Shown here: positions 18,995-29,030 of the stretch, piece by piece
Layout: each line of letters opens with the position of its first letter
How positions within the stretch are numbered: position 1 is the first letter of the stretch
DNA from: a virus
Taxonomy: Duplodnaviria > Caudoviricetes
Length of the DNA stretch: 64,000 bases
Reading direction: 5' to 3' (one strand)
IMG/VR virus record: IMGVR_UViG_2595698952_000001
Span: 179,051-243,050 of that record
Translations under genes and position numbers: made by a program
Notes under the pieces: model-generated
Told to the model about the DNA's origin: nothing
Database searches by the model: none
What the model saw: the letters and a program-made list of their open reading frames with translations, nothing else

Positions 18995-21099
18995 TGCAGG
19001 GTCGTCACGTTCACGTTCGACAACTACGGGCACTGAATTCTGATCAAGTGTGGAAGCTTCGCGGGCGGTATTACGTGGAGTTTGATGACGGGAAGAAACT
19101 GGAGATGGCCTCTCGACACATCAAGTTGAGTTGGCCGTACTGGGGTATCTCGCGGTTCTATCCGCAAGTACCAACCCCATCGTCGCTGGCCTACCGTCAG
19201 GATGAGGTGGCCACGGATGACCGCCACATTGACTTTATGTCTGAGGCGAGTGTGCTGGCGCGTAAGGCGGGTATCGATCTCGCCGATACGCGTTATATCC
19301 TGAGCCAACATGTGTACGCTGATGCGTTCAACATGACGGTAAAGAACCTGCTTGCATACTGTACCACCATCGACTATGACACGATGATGGAAATCTATAA
19401 CCACGAGAACTTCGAGATTATCCGTGGGTGGGCCAAAGCCTATCCAACCGGGTATGACGAAGAAGGCGTGGATATGGTGGAGGAAGCGTATAAGCTTATC
19501 GAGAAAATCTTCCAGGACCCGGCACTGAAATACAATCCGGTGGTGATGTCGGTACTCGACAAAACCATCAAGATGAACCAGGTGCTCCAGGCATTCGTGC
19601 GTGGTAAAACGTCCGAGATTGACTCCCGCGTTTACTCCAATCAGGTGTGGGAAGGTTTCTTCACCGGGATGCATTCGGTCATCAGTCGACTGAAAGAGTC
19701 TGGCGCAACCTCGCGTTCGCATCTGTACAACACAGATAAGATTGCCGAAGCAGAGTACGCCTCGCGTAAATTGCAGCTGGCCGCGAACGTGCTGATGTAT
19801 TTCAGCTACGAGGACTGTGGGACGGAGCATGTTCATCATCATACCTTCCAGGACGTGACGATTGACATCAAAGCCCACAAGGCGATGAAGGGGATGCGTT
19901 ATCGCTTTGACGGCGAGACGGGCCCATGGCGTCGCTTTGAAGAAGACGAGTTCGATCAGGTCGTCGGTAAGCCTATCGTCTTCCGCAGTGCTATGACTTG
20001 TAAGAAGATGGCCGATCAGGGCATCTGTGCGATCTGTATGGGTGATTTGATTTACAACCTGTCTGAAGGCACATCACCGGGTCACCTGGCCTCTACCTCC
20101 ATCTCGGAGAAAGGTACCCAGGGGATTCTGTCCACCAAACACCTTGACTTCCTGCGTTATCTGCTCAACCTGGTGTTGACACCGCGCATGAAAGATTATC
20201 TGGTTGAGCACAAGCACAACTCCGTCAAAGGACTGTGCCTGCGGCCGAAGCCACAGTTTGGCGTGTGGGAAGAGTACGAACTCGTGGTTTCAGATAAGGT
20301 GTATTCCGAACTGAGCCAGATTGCGTACCATGAACACCTGGACGACATTGATGAAACGGCGTTACCGGAAATCACCGACCTGACATTCTACCGTCGGGAT
20401 GCGGATGGTCAGGTACTGTCCGAAGATTCGGTGGATGTGCGCATGGGGGTCTGTGGAAACTTCTCCAAAGCCTTCCTGCACTTCTTCTTGAAGCAGCGTG
20501 TTGACCTGCGCTTCCCCACCAAGAAAACGGTACACATCCCGTTGAAAGGCTGGGGCCAGAAACAACCACTGCTCATCTACACCAACCGTTCGGAATCCAT
20601 GGCAGAGTTCGTTGCCGGTCTTGAGACCAAGCTGCGTTCTGTTGCTGCGGATAAGAACGATGAAGTCGTGGAGATTATCAACGCCAACACGACGATGAAG
20701 ATGAACAAGAAGCAGGGCCGTGTGAAGCCAATCACCTTAGTGGAGATGGGCGGAGCCACGGAGAAACAGTGTACTTATGCACTGTTCGATACGTTCAAAT
20801 ACATCCAACGCAAGCTGGGTGGTATCCCGATGACGCATATTGCGATAATGCTTGCTATATCGCGTGTGGAATCCCCAACGAATTCGTTCCCGGCAGTCGG
20901 CTTTGACAGTGAAGAAGCCACCACTGTTTCCGGTAAACGTTTCGTTGACCACAATACGCTCATTGCGATTCGCTCAGCAGGCCCGATGTTGTTGTTCGAA
21001 GGTCAGCAGAATAACCTCGATAATGTCGGGTTCTATACAGATCACCACATTCCAGCCTCGTTGTACGATGGTGGGTTAGGTGCCGTGGTGGTGCATTAA
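18994..21099 (+). CDS. Non-virion RNA polymerase beta' C-terminal subunit (phiKZ gp74-like)
   Basis: YASRKL..DCGT, RSAMTC..ICAICMG Zn site, SISEKGTQGILSTKH trigger-loop-like motif. Confidence 0.9.
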   Translation: MQGRHVHVRQLRALNSDQVWKLRGRYYVEFDDGKKLEMASRHIKLSWPYWGISRFYPQVPTPSSLAYRQDEVATDDRHIDFMSEASVLARKAGIDLADTRYILSQHVYADAFNMTVKNLLAYCTTIDYDTMMEIYNHENFEIIRGWAKAYPTGYDEEGVDMVEEAYKLIEKIFQDPALKYNPVVMSVLDKTIKMNQVLQAFVRGKTSEIDSRVYSNQVWEGFFTGMHSVISRLKESGATSRSHLYNTDKIAEAEYASRKLQLAANVLMYFSYEDCGTEHVHHHTFQDVTIDIKAHKAMKGMRYRFDGETGPWRRFEEDEFDQVVGKPIVFRSAMTCKKMADQGICAICMGDLIYNLSEGTSPGHLASTSISEKGTQGILSTKHLDFLRYLLNLVLTPRMKDYLVEHKHNSVKGLCLRPKPQFGVWEEYELVVSDKVYSELSQIAYHEHLDDIDETALPEITDLTFYRRDADGQVLSEDSVDVRMGVCGNFSKAFLHFFLKQRVDLRFPTKKTVHIPLKGWGQKQPLLIYTNRSESMAEFVAGLETKLRSVAADKNDEVVEIINANTTMKMNKKQGRVKPITLVEMGGATEKQCTYALFDTFKYIQRKLGGIPMTHIAIMLAISRVESPTNSFPAVGFDSEEATTVSGKRFVDHNTLIAIRSAGPMLLFEGQQNNLDNVGFYTDHHIPASLYDGGLGAVVVH

Positions 21100-21101
21100 G
21101 T

Positions 21102-21128
21102 AGAGGGGCCATGTGCCCCTCTTTTTTT
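21102..21128 (+). terminator. Rho-independent terminator
   Basis: AGAGGGGC-CATGT-GCCCCTCT plus T tract. Confidence 0.7.
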
Positions 21129-21141
21129 GTAGAGGGGTAGC

Positions 21142-22848
21142 ATGGTCGAGATTCACATGACTTACACGAGTATGGGGGTCAGGGTAGAAGTCCCCAACCG
21201 ACAGATGGAGTCGGCTATACTCGCGTGGGCCGAAGAGAATATGCACGCCCCCAAGATGGGCAAGCAACAAGGACGTATCACTACCGAAAGGGGGGATGCG
21301 TTTTATGTACACATTCCTTCCCTGCGCACATTTATCTTTCACCGTATGTTTGCTGACCGTATTCAGGCGCTGATCCAACGGGCGTCTTTAGAATACGGTG
21401 TTCGTTACAACCTGTATCAGCATCAGGTTGAACGCAGCGAGCCGTACCGTTGTACGTTTGACAATCCCGGCTTTGCCATGATGGAAACTGACGAGTCTTC
21501 TCGTTTCTTCTACCAGAACGAAGTTGTGGATGCTGCTTGCCAGCCAGATCGCCAACAAACCATCTTTGCCATTCAGACTGGTCGCGGAAAAACCAAAACC
21601 TGTATGAAAGTCATGGTAAAGAAAGGGGTACGCACACTGCTGATTCACCGACCCACGTATGTGTCCAAGTGGCTGTTTGACACCACAGAAGACCCTACAG
21701 GGCTGCGTGAAGATAAGGAAGGGGTATGGGTGGTGACGGGCGTACAGGCCGTCTACGAGGTGCTGGAGATGGGAGAAAACGGGGAACTCGACCGCCGGGG
21801 GATTAAGATTATTATTATCCCGACTGTGACCCTGCAACGCTTCCTGAAAGAGTACATCAACACCGCGGCAACTAACCCCGTGAACCTTGACCGGTTCTAC
21901 GACACGTTGGGCGTCGGTCTGTTGGCCATGGATGAAGTGCATGAGCATTTCCATCTGGTTTATCAGGCAGGGATTATGTTGAATCCCCCACCGAGTGTGG
22001 AGATGTCAGCCACACTGAAACCGGGTGCCAGCAAAGCGTTTATTGCTGAGCGGTATCTGGAACGTTTCCCGCCGGATTTGCGTATCTCGATCCCGGTCAT
22101 TCCCGTGGTGCATATCCGTGCACTGTATTACGCCATTGAAGATCGTAAGTTTGCGTTCTGGGCCGGGAAGATGACCCCGTACAACCACAAACTGTTCGAA
22201 GGGAAACTCATTAAAGAGAATCTCCACATCAGTTATGCGGAAATGTACTGGGACATGATTGAGAAAACCTACCTGAAAGAGTATCAGGTGGGGCAGAAAA
22301 TCTTGTGTATCTTTGCGACAGTGGCGATGTGCGAATTCTTCACAGAGTTTGTGAAGGACAAGCTTGCACAATCAGAGCAGTTCCATGCACTGATGGTGTC
22401 GAAGTTTAATGCGGGCGATTCGTATGACGACTTCATCTTAGCAGACATCTCTATCTCCACACCGGGGAAAGCAGGTACTGCGGTTGATAAGCCGGGGTTG
22501 GTACACATGTACATCTCGACCCCGGTTGAAGACCAACAGCTCAACGAGCAGATGGCCGGTCGTCCACGTAAAATCATGCACAAGGATTGGGGCGAAATCG
22601 ATCCGAAGGTGTGGTTGTTCCATTCGCACAACATACCGAAGCATTGCAACTATCTGAACTCGCGCCAGAAGTCACTGACCGATGTCGTGTTGTCCTTTAA
22701 GATTGCAACGTCTCCGTACGTCGTAAGGAAATCCAATGCTCACTCCGCCGCTTCCGCCCGCGCCAATGCCGCCTTATGTCGGGCTGACCTTAGCAAGTTT
22801 ACTCGAAACCGCTTTAAAAGCGTATCCCGGCGTAGAAGACGTCGCTAA
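21142..22848 (+). CDS. Superfamily 2 (DExH) helicase (phiKZ gp75-like)
   Basis: QTGRGKT Walker A, DEVH, SAT and QMAGR motifs. Confidence 0.9.
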   Translation: MVEIHMTYTSMGVRVEVPNRQMESAILAWAEENMHAPKMGKQQGRITTERGDAFYVHIPSLRTFIFHRMFADRIQALIQRASLEYGVRYNLYQHQVERSEPYRCTFDNPGFAMMETDESSRFFYQNEVVDAACQPDRQQTIFAIQTGRGKTKTCMKVMVKKGVRTLLIHRPTYVSKWLFDTTEDPTGLREDKEGVWVVTGVQAVYEVLEMGENGELDRRGIKIIIIPTVTLQRFLKEYINTAATNPVNLDRFYDTLGVGLLAMDEVHEHFHLVYQAGIMLNPPPSVEMSATLKPGASKAFIAERYLERFPPDLRISIPVIPVVHIRALYYAIEDRKFAFWAGKMTPYNHKLFEGKLIKENLHISYAEMYWDMIEKTYLKEYQVGQKILCIFATVAMCEFFTEFVKDKLAQSEQFHALMVSKFNAGDSYDDFILADISISTPGKAGTAVDKPGLVHMYISTPVEDQQLNEQMAGRPRKIMHKDWGEIDPKVWLFHSHNIPKHCNYLNSRQKSLTDVVLSFKIATSPYVVRKSNAHSAASARANAALCRADLSKFTRNRFKSVSRRRRRR

Positions 22849-23119
22849 GGCGCTATGTACTGACCCTGTGTTGTCGCCTGCCTTCCATTACTACATGGTG
22901 GATGAGCACTTCGCAGGGATAATGATTCTCCAACGGGGCCTCACCTACTACGTTACGCGTAACTCCAGCATCCGTACGACAGCGTCGTACGAGCAGTACA
23001 GTTATGTGTTGTGGAATGAGAACCCCGCGGGGAACGTTGACCAAAACCCGAAGATGGCATACCGGCTGTTCTCGGAAAAATGGCACGATTGGGTCACTGT
23101 ACCGCACAATGCCAGTTAA
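22736..23119 (+). CDS. Hypothetical protein overlapping the helicase 3' end
   Basis: ATG preceded by TAAGGA; fills the gap to the next gene. Confidence 0.55.
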   Translation: MLTPPLPPAPMPPYVGLTLASLLETALKAYPGVEDVAKALCTDPVLSPAFHYYMVDEHFAGIMILQRGLTYYVTRNSSIRTTASYEQYSYVLWNENPAGNVDQNPKMAYRLFSEKWHDWVTVPHNAS

Positions 23120-23178
23120 TAACGTGTCGGGTGTATAATGTGTATACACCCAACCCTTTCCCAATAAGGAATATTTCG

Positions 23179-23766
23179 ATGAGTCGTGCCAAAAAGTCCA
23201 ACGGTTTTAACCCTCGCCAGAACGCGCGTGACTATATCCGCAACGCGATGCAGGGTATTCTCAGCATCAGTCTGATGTTTGAAGAAGAAACCAAAATCCT
23301 GTCACAGAAAATCGACCGTGAGCGTGAAGTGTCATCCACCATCGGTTACGAACCCCTGCGTATCTTTACGCTGGAAAAACTGGATGAAGCCCAGGCCGGT
23401 TTCATCGGGTTAATGAAAGAAGGCAAAGAGAAACTCGATGCCCTGAACATTGAAGCTGACGCCACGGCGGTCGAGCTGCAAACCCTGGTGAACGAGAATC
23501 GCTGGGACACCATTAAAGACACCTATCCGGCGATGGAAATGGCCCTGGCTGCACACGCCACAGATGCCCACATCATCGGCCAACAGATTCAAGGTGCGGC
23601 CATTGAGATCCTGTCTCTGTATAATGGCCGTGTCAACTTCGTGAAGCAAGCTCTGAAAAGAGATATCGACTGGGACGTAGCACTGAAGATGCTGGCAGAA
23701 GCCGAAGCAGATCAGGCGAAGCCGGTTGAAGAAGCTGAAACCGTTGAGGAAGCTGCACATGTCTGA
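23179..23766 (+). CDS. Hypothetical helical protein
   Basis: ATG at 23179 after TAAGGAAT; Ala/Glu-rich helical composition. Confidence 0.75.
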   Translation: MSRAKKSNGFNPRQNARDYIRNAMQGILSISLMFEEETKILSQKIDREREVSSTIGYEPLRIFTLEKLDEAQAGFIGLMKEGKEKLDALNIEADATAVELQTLVNENRWDTIKDTYPAMEMALAAHATDAHIIGQQIQGAAIEILSLYNGRVNFVKQALKRDIDWDVALKMLAEAEADQAKPVEEAETVEEAAHV

Positions 23767-25819
23767 ACCGTTAGATCAGCGCCCGTCCAACGTGCGCCGT
23801 CCCAATCTTAACCAGCCTGAGGTGTCGCAAGACACCCAGGAACTGGTGCTGCCACCGGCTGCGCAAATCCAGACCATGGATAGCGAAGACGCGGTGATGT
23901 TGATTAAGAAATCCAACCCTGGTTTTTCTTTTGCCCGTGCTGAGCAAGTGTACAACGAACACTACCCCGTTCAGCCGCTGCAAGTCGAAGAACCGGTGCT
24001 GCAACGCCCGGTGTATCAGCAGGAAGAACCCCCTGCCCCACCGGTTGCTCCTACGGTAGCGCCGGAAACACCAAAGGTGCCGGAGGAAACCGCCCACGTT
24101 ACCCAGCCCGCTGGCCCGGACACAACGATCTTCGTTGAGCCAAAACCAGAGCCGAAGGTAACGCATCAGCATGTGCACCAATCTGCGCCTGTGCAGAAAG
24201 AAACGACAGTGGACGATAAACCGTTCACTCCGGCTTCACCTGAAAAACAGGTACAGCACGCTGACCACGAAAAGAACGCTGCGCCGCAGGTGCGTCCGGG
24301 CGACAGCGAACGTCAGGTGAACTTTGGTAAAGGTGTGTATCAGCCCGAAACGGCTGAGCTGCCCGAAGACGACCGTGATGCGGTACTGACCGGCCTGCGT
24401 CGTTTGGTCGGCCCGATGCAAGACCCGAACTTAATCGGGAAAGACTTGCAGCGTTTCTTCTCCAGTGTGAAACGTTCCCCGGAAGACGGCCGTCTGTTGT
24501 TTGAAAGCGAAGAACAGCAAAACCGCTACGGTCTTATCTACGCGGCGCTGAACATGACCCCACCGACACTGCACAGTGGCGTGCAGGCGTTTGACCAGGC
24601 GTTAGAGCGTGCAGATACCCCGTGGGAACAGCGTGTACTGCTGCCGGGCTTTGATAAGCCTGCGGGTCTCATCTCCCCACGCAACAACATGCACACTGGC
24701 CCGATTGCTGCCCTGCGCCGTCGTCGCAAGACCGGTATTCCTAACTCGGTCTGGTTACCGGCTACCGGTATCTACGTCGGCTTCAAAGCACCGAACGAAC
24801 GTGAGTTCTGTGATTTCGATATGCAGCTGACGCTGGAAACGGCCACCATCGGGATGCAGACGTACGGCCTGATGCTGTCGTCCTCGTCCGGTGTCTATAT
24901 CCGCCACATGGTTGAGTTCGCCCTGCAATTCGTTACCGAGTGTACGCTCGACTGCGAAGGCAACGACATGAAGACCGTGCTGCTGGATAAGATTGACCTG
25001 GCTGACTACTGGCTGGTTATTCTGGGCCCAATCCAGGCGAAGTTCCCGGCCGGGTTACCATGGACACTGATTTGTGGTCGTGACGGTTGCGAACACGAAG
25101 AAAGTGTGAAGCTGAACATCGCCCGTTGTATCCGTATGGGTACCGGTCTGTACACCGACCTGCAACGTAACCTGTGGGCGCATCAGCGTGGTACCGATGA
25201 CTTCCTGATCAGTCAGGCAGAACAAGCGGAGTTCGTAAACAACCACCTGAAAGACCCGGCTGCTGTCTTTGAAAAAGATGGCGTGACCGTGACCTTCGGT
25301 CGTTGTTCTATCGGCGAGTTCTTCGACCACACCGAAAGCTGGATGGCGGACATCAATGCCTCAACCACCACGGCATTGTCGGCCAACGGTACGGAGCGTG
25401 AGAAAGAGAACCATATGCGCCTCACCGCAGAGACCCGTCGTCTGACCCGTTATGCCCACATGGTGGAATCTATCTCCGTGGTGGAAGAACAGGAAGTTGA
25501 CGGTGAGCTCGTGCAGACCACGCAGACGGAACGTGACTACAAGAAGATTGTCGTGATGCTCGAAGAGTTATCACCTGACCGTCTGTATGTCAGTCAGTTC
25601 GAAGAAGCGATGGCGCTGTATAATGAGCGCTCACGTCTGGCCGTCTTCGGCTACATGGGACAGAAATGTTCTGTGTGCGGTGGCGACCATGACGGTGAGA
25701 AAGAAGGTCTGTACCGTGGTATCGTTACCATTTCTCCGGACAGGGTTTTTTTCGAGCTCTCTCGAGTGGTGTCCGAGATTCAGAAGTTTCTGCTCAGACA
25801 ATACGGCGTTACTGGCTAG
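23759..25819 (+). CDS. Conserved protein with Pro-rich N-terminus and Cys pairs; T4 gp26-like hub / tail-assembly chaperone candidate
   Basis: LICGRDGCEHEESVKLNI and KCSVCG; ends just after a T-TTT-TTC slippery site. Confidence 0.65.
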   Translation: MSEPLDQRPSNVRRPNLNQPEVSQDTQELVLPPAAQIQTMDSEDAVMLIKKSNPGFSFARAEQVYNEHYPVQPLQVEEPVLQRPVYQQEEPPAPPVAPTVAPETPKVPEETAHVTQPAGPDTTIFVEPKPEPKVTHQHVHQSAPVQKETTVDDKPFTPASPEKQVQHADHEKNAAPQVRPGDSERQVNFGKGVYQPETAELPEDDRDAVLTGLRRLVGPMQDPNLIGKDLQRFFSSVKRSPEDGRLLFESEEQQNRYGLIYAALNMTPPTLHSGVQAFDQALERADTPWEQRVLLPGFDKPAGLISPRNNMHTGPIAALRRRRKTGIPNSVWLPATGIYVGFKAPNEREFCDFDMQLTLETATIGMQTYGLMLSSSSGVYIRHMVEFALQFVTECTLDCEGNDMKTVLLDKIDLADYWLVILGPIQAKFPAGLPWTLICGRDGCEHEESVKLNIARCIRMGTGLYTDLQRNLWAHQRGTDDFLISQAEQAEFVNNHLKDPAAVFEKDGVTVTFGRCSIGEFFDHTESWMADINASTTTALSANGTEREKENHMRLTAETRRLTRYAHMVESISVVEEQEVDGELVQTTQTERDYKKIVVMLEELSPDRLYVSQFEEAMALYNERSRLAVFGYMGQKCSVCGGDHDGEKEGLYRGIVTISPDRVFFELSRVVSEIQKFLLRQYGVTG

Positions 25820-26241
25820 ACCACGACGAAGTACCATCCGACCAGATAATCACGACCCTCAAGTTGGATACCACCTCACTGTTCAAGCAGCGTAGTACCC
25901 GACCGATTACGTATCAGGAAGCCCACAACGAGTTGATGGAAGCTTACGATGCAACACTCGGCCTGGATACAGGTGAGAACCATATCGGGTTGTCAGAGTT
26001 TGAGAACCCGGTAACCGGTAGTCTGTACGAAATCTGGTATGCCACGTACCTGCGTGAGCAAATTGGTGAACACTTTCGTCTTTCGTTCGATGAGTTCTTA
26101 GACCGTCCTCGCTGGCAAATTATGATCATGCTGGAGGCGGTCAGGCGTCGCATGGCTATCCTCAACAAGGATATTCAGGCACAGCTTGAAGAGAACAAAG
26201 AGATGCGCGAATTGGAGAAAGAAAACAAGGGTCGTTCTTAA
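25753..26241 (+). CDS. -1 frame extension (or separate small ORF), chaperone GT / T4 gp51-like
   Basis: Frame is open from 25699 to 26241; first start is a weak TTG at 25864; HFRLSFDEFLDRPRWQ motif. Confidence 0.6.
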   Translation, partial: RALSSGVRDSEVSAQTIRRYWLDHDEVPSDQIITTLKLDTTSLFKQRSTRPITYQEAHNELMEAYDATLGLDTGENHIGLSEFENPVTGSLYEIWYATYLREQIGEHFRLSFDEFLDRPRWQIMIMLEAVRRRMAILNKDIQAQLEENKEMRELEKENKGRS

Positions 26242-26272
26242 GGGGCTTCGGCCCCTTTTCCTTTTCTTTTTT
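26240..26272 (+). terminator. Rho-independent terminator
   Basis: AAGGGGC-TTCG-GCCCCTT plus long T tract. Confidence 0.75.
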
Positions 26273-26310
26273 TGCCTTGGTATGAATCCCCAAAGTGCTG
26301 GAAACCTCCC

Positions 26311-27174
26311 ATGATTGACATTTATACCGACTACGCGGCCGTACTGACGGTCAATCGCCATGAAGACCGTGCAGCGCCGATGCTAGACTTAGTGACCCTC
26401 GGTATCGATTACGGTTATGATGTGGCTTTAAGCGACGTGTATTTTGAACCGTCTTCTGACCCGGCGGATGAGACCATCCGGTTAGAAGGTATTATCGTGA
26501 AGTGTGCAGTCGCGCTCGGCAACCGCCTGGGCGTCGCCCTTAATCCACAAATCGTGTATCATAAACCCAAAGAGACCGTGCGTATCTTACACGGACTGCT
26601 GGAAAAGTTTGAAGACTTCGACGACAGCGATAGCCTGTACGGCATCGTGATGTCTGGCGAAACCCCTGAGCACATTCTTGAGAACATGTGCCGTGTTGTG
26701 TACGGTGACAACAACCTGCACTTCGAAGACCTCGTTATTTCAGTCGGCCCACGGGTGATGACCGTGATGCGTAACTACCTGGCGGCAGCAGCGCTGGAAG
26801 AACAGAAGGGTGACAACGATTACCTGCGTATCGGCCGTATCGCGGCGTATCTGCGTACCTTCCCCCAAAACCCGTCAGCGTTTGTGTTCCTGAACCTGCC
26901 GCAAGAACCGGACATGCTTGTGGTACAACAAGCGTTGTCGTTTGCGGACGACGAGTACAGCGACGATGAGTTACTGTTAATGTACGCGGTCGGGTTATCC
27001 GTGATTCCGTTCGATGACTTTGACGGGGCCTACGGTGCGTTGGCCGGGAACCTAGAAAAGATTAACACCGACAACTACCCTCCTCTGCCGATTCTGGAAC
27101 AGGGGTTGGCTGCCCTGAAAACCATCTACGGGCAAGACCGTGCGCAAGAGGAAGAGAATTATGAACAGGATTGA
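26311..27174 (+). CDS. Conserved hypothetical (likely virion) protein
   Basis: ORF directly upstream of the vRNAP beta' middle subunit. Confidence 0.7.
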   Translation: MIDIYTDYAAVLTVNRHEDRAAPMLDLVTLGIDYGYDVALSDVYFEPSSDPADETIRLEGIIVKCAVALGNRLGVALNPQIVYHKPKETVRILHGLLEKFEDFDDSDSLYGIVMSGETPEHILENMCRVVYGDNNLHFEDLVISVGPRVMTVMRNYLAAAALEEQKGDNDYLRIGRIAAYLRTFPQNPSAFVFLNLPQEPDMLVVQQALSFADDEYSDDELLLMYAVGLSVIPFDDFDGAYGALAGNLEKINTDNYPPLPILEQGLAALKTIYGQDRAQEEENYEQD

Positions 27175-28468
27175 ATACCTGGTCGCAGCCTGTCACGCAG
27201 AAGCGTGGCGTCGACTGGTATGGCGTATTGCGGTGTTTAACGTGGCCATCTTTAATGAGGATGGGGAACCGCCTGAACCGTACGACCTGACTTACATTGA
27301 CGGCCTGCCGCATTTCTGGGATGTGCCGGTCGAAGATGAAGATGCGAAGTGGGTGCCGATTGAAGGGTGTAAAAAGGATGACGAACTGTTCATCCCGGAA
27401 GAACTCTTTGAGTTGCGTCCTGATATGTATCCCGGCTTAGAAGGCCCGGTGCAAACCTCCGTAGGGCGTTACGTCTTTAACTGGATTGTTATCTTCTACG
27501 CGTTCGGTACTCGCCTGCCGTACCAGGCGATTTCCAAGAACCCGCTGGAATACCAGAAAGAGATGTACCGCCGTTGTCTGGAACACGAAGACGATGAGCC
27601 AGAGAATGACGGGGCCATTCGTCCAAGCATGATAGGGCGCTTTGTAGGCGGTCTACACGAGCTTGCACCGATGACCCGTGGCATTGCCGCCACCGGCACG
27701 TTGCGTTCGCTGACGACCCACCCAGACGCGTATAAGGTACGTGACGCATTACTGCTTAAGCACAAAGACGAGCTGGATAACCCGGCCGTCATCGTGATGA
27801 TTGAAAAGGCATTGGATGAACTGGATAAGGAATGGTTGAGCGGTGACCAGTCTATCGAGTTCTACAATTCGCCGAAATCCCGAATGCGTCGTCGTAAACT
27901 GATGTTGATGTACGGTATTCAAACCGCATTTAAAGAGGGGAGTGACTTTACCCTGGTGCCAACCAGCCTGATGGAAGTTGATGAAGGCGGGATGAAGAAC
28001 CTGGTAGAGAAATTCAACGACACCCGTGAAGGGTCGTTCTCGCGTGGTGCGGAAACCGCGAAGGGGGGTGAGCAGGTACGTATCATTCAGATGATCTTCC
28101 AGAACCACCGTATCGTGGCCGGGGATTGTGGTACCAAGCTGACCCATCCGGTGGTCATTAACCTCGGCAACGTCACCCGTTATATCGGGATGAACGCCGT
28201 TGTAAACGGCAAACTGGTACAGCTGACTGAGGCGTATTTGAAAGAACAGCTGGGCAAAGTTGTCCGTCTGCGACGCCCCATCTTATGTCAACTGGGTCAC
28301 GTAGACTGCTGTGCTGCGTGCTCCTCGGCCCACAAAGCCGAAGAACCGCGTGCAATCGCCGCGGACATCTCCTCTGCGTTCTCCAACGTTATGACCAATG
28401 CGATGGGCGCAATGCACGGCCGTGAAACCGTCGTGCAGGAATTCGTACCGTTAATCCACATTACTTAA
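27161..28468 (+). CDS. Virion RNA polymerase beta' middle subunit (phiKZ gp80 / SPN3US gp42-like)
   Basis: TSVGRYVFN, REGSFSRGAETAKGG bridge helix, DCGT and RRPILC..DCCAAC Zn site. Confidence 0.85.
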   Translation: MNRIEYLVAACHAEAWRRLVWRIAVFNVAIFNEDGEPPEPYDLTYIDGLPHFWDVPVEDEDAKWVPIEGCKKDDELFIPEELFELRPDMYPGLEGPVQTSVGRYVFNWIVIFYAFGTRLPYQAISKNPLEYQKEMYRRCLEHEDDEPENDGAIRPSMIGRFVGGLHELAPMTRGIAATGTLRSLTTHPDAYKVRDALLLKHKDELDNPAVIVMIEKALDELDKEWLSGDQSIEFYNSPKSRMRRRKLMLMYGIQTAFKEGSDFTLVPTSLMEVDEGGMKNLVEKFNDTREGSFSRGAETAKGGEQVRIIQMIFQNHRIVAGDCGTKLTHPVVINLGNVTRYIGMNAVVNGKLVQLTEAYLKEQLGKVVRLRRPILCQLGHVDCCAACSSAHKAEEPRAIAADISSAFSNVMTNAMGAMHGRETVVQEFVPLIHIT

Positions 28469-28479
28469 GGATTATTACC

Positions 28480-28983
28480 ATGGCTACAACTGATATTAAT
28501 ACCCAGGACGCACGTCCTACTGCTACCCAGCGTTTGGCAGCCTCGTACGGCCAGGATGACCAACACCAGGTTAAACTGATCACCACGCAGCTGGATGAAG
28601 CCGGTGCGGCAGTTGGCCCGAACAAGGCCAAAGGCACGCAGACCGAGAAAGATGCGTATAACAAGCTGCACAGCTCGTTCCGTGCGTTGATGGACTTACG
28701 TGGTCAGGCATTCCTCGACGCGTTCTACGCGTTCGTTGAAGCAGCCCAGAAACACAAAAAAGGCATCTTCTACCAACCGCTGGTCACCCGCTATGCGGAC
28801 GTGAACTTCCCGGACAGCTCTGAGCGCGAAGTGTTTGTCGTGTTCATCAACATGCTGGTACGTTTTGCCGGGGCTTCCGACAAACGTCGTTGGCTGGAGC
28901 TGAACAAAGTCAGTCGTGTGACTGACCGCGTAACCGACCAGGAACTGGCTTCGCTGCTGGCCCACGCGTTTGGTGCGGCTTAA
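28480..28983 (+). CDS. Hypothetical protein
   Basis: 167-aa ORF with TAAGGA RBS. Confidence 0.75.
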   Translation: MATTDINTQDARPTATQRLAASYGQDDQHQVKLITTQLDEAGAAVGPNKAKGTQTEKDAYNKLHSSFRALMDLRGQAFLDAFYAFVEAAQKHKKGIFYQPLVTRYADVNFPDSSEREVFVVFINMLVRFAGASDKRRWLELNKVSRVTDRVTDQELASLLAHAFGAA

Positions 28984-28990
28984 ATAAAAG

Positions 28991-29029
28991 TACCCACTCC
29001 TTTGCGGGAGTGGGTATACTTCTTTTTTT
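28991..29029. terminator. Bidirectional terminator
   Basis: TACCCACTCC-TTTGCG-GGAGTGGGTA flanked by A and T tracts. Confidence 0.75.
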
Positions 29030-29030
29030 G

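Noticed and set aside
25587-25895. 102-aa ORF in the +1 frame across the slippery site
   Set aside because: No RBS and atypical composition; the -1 frame is the one continuous with the downstream protein
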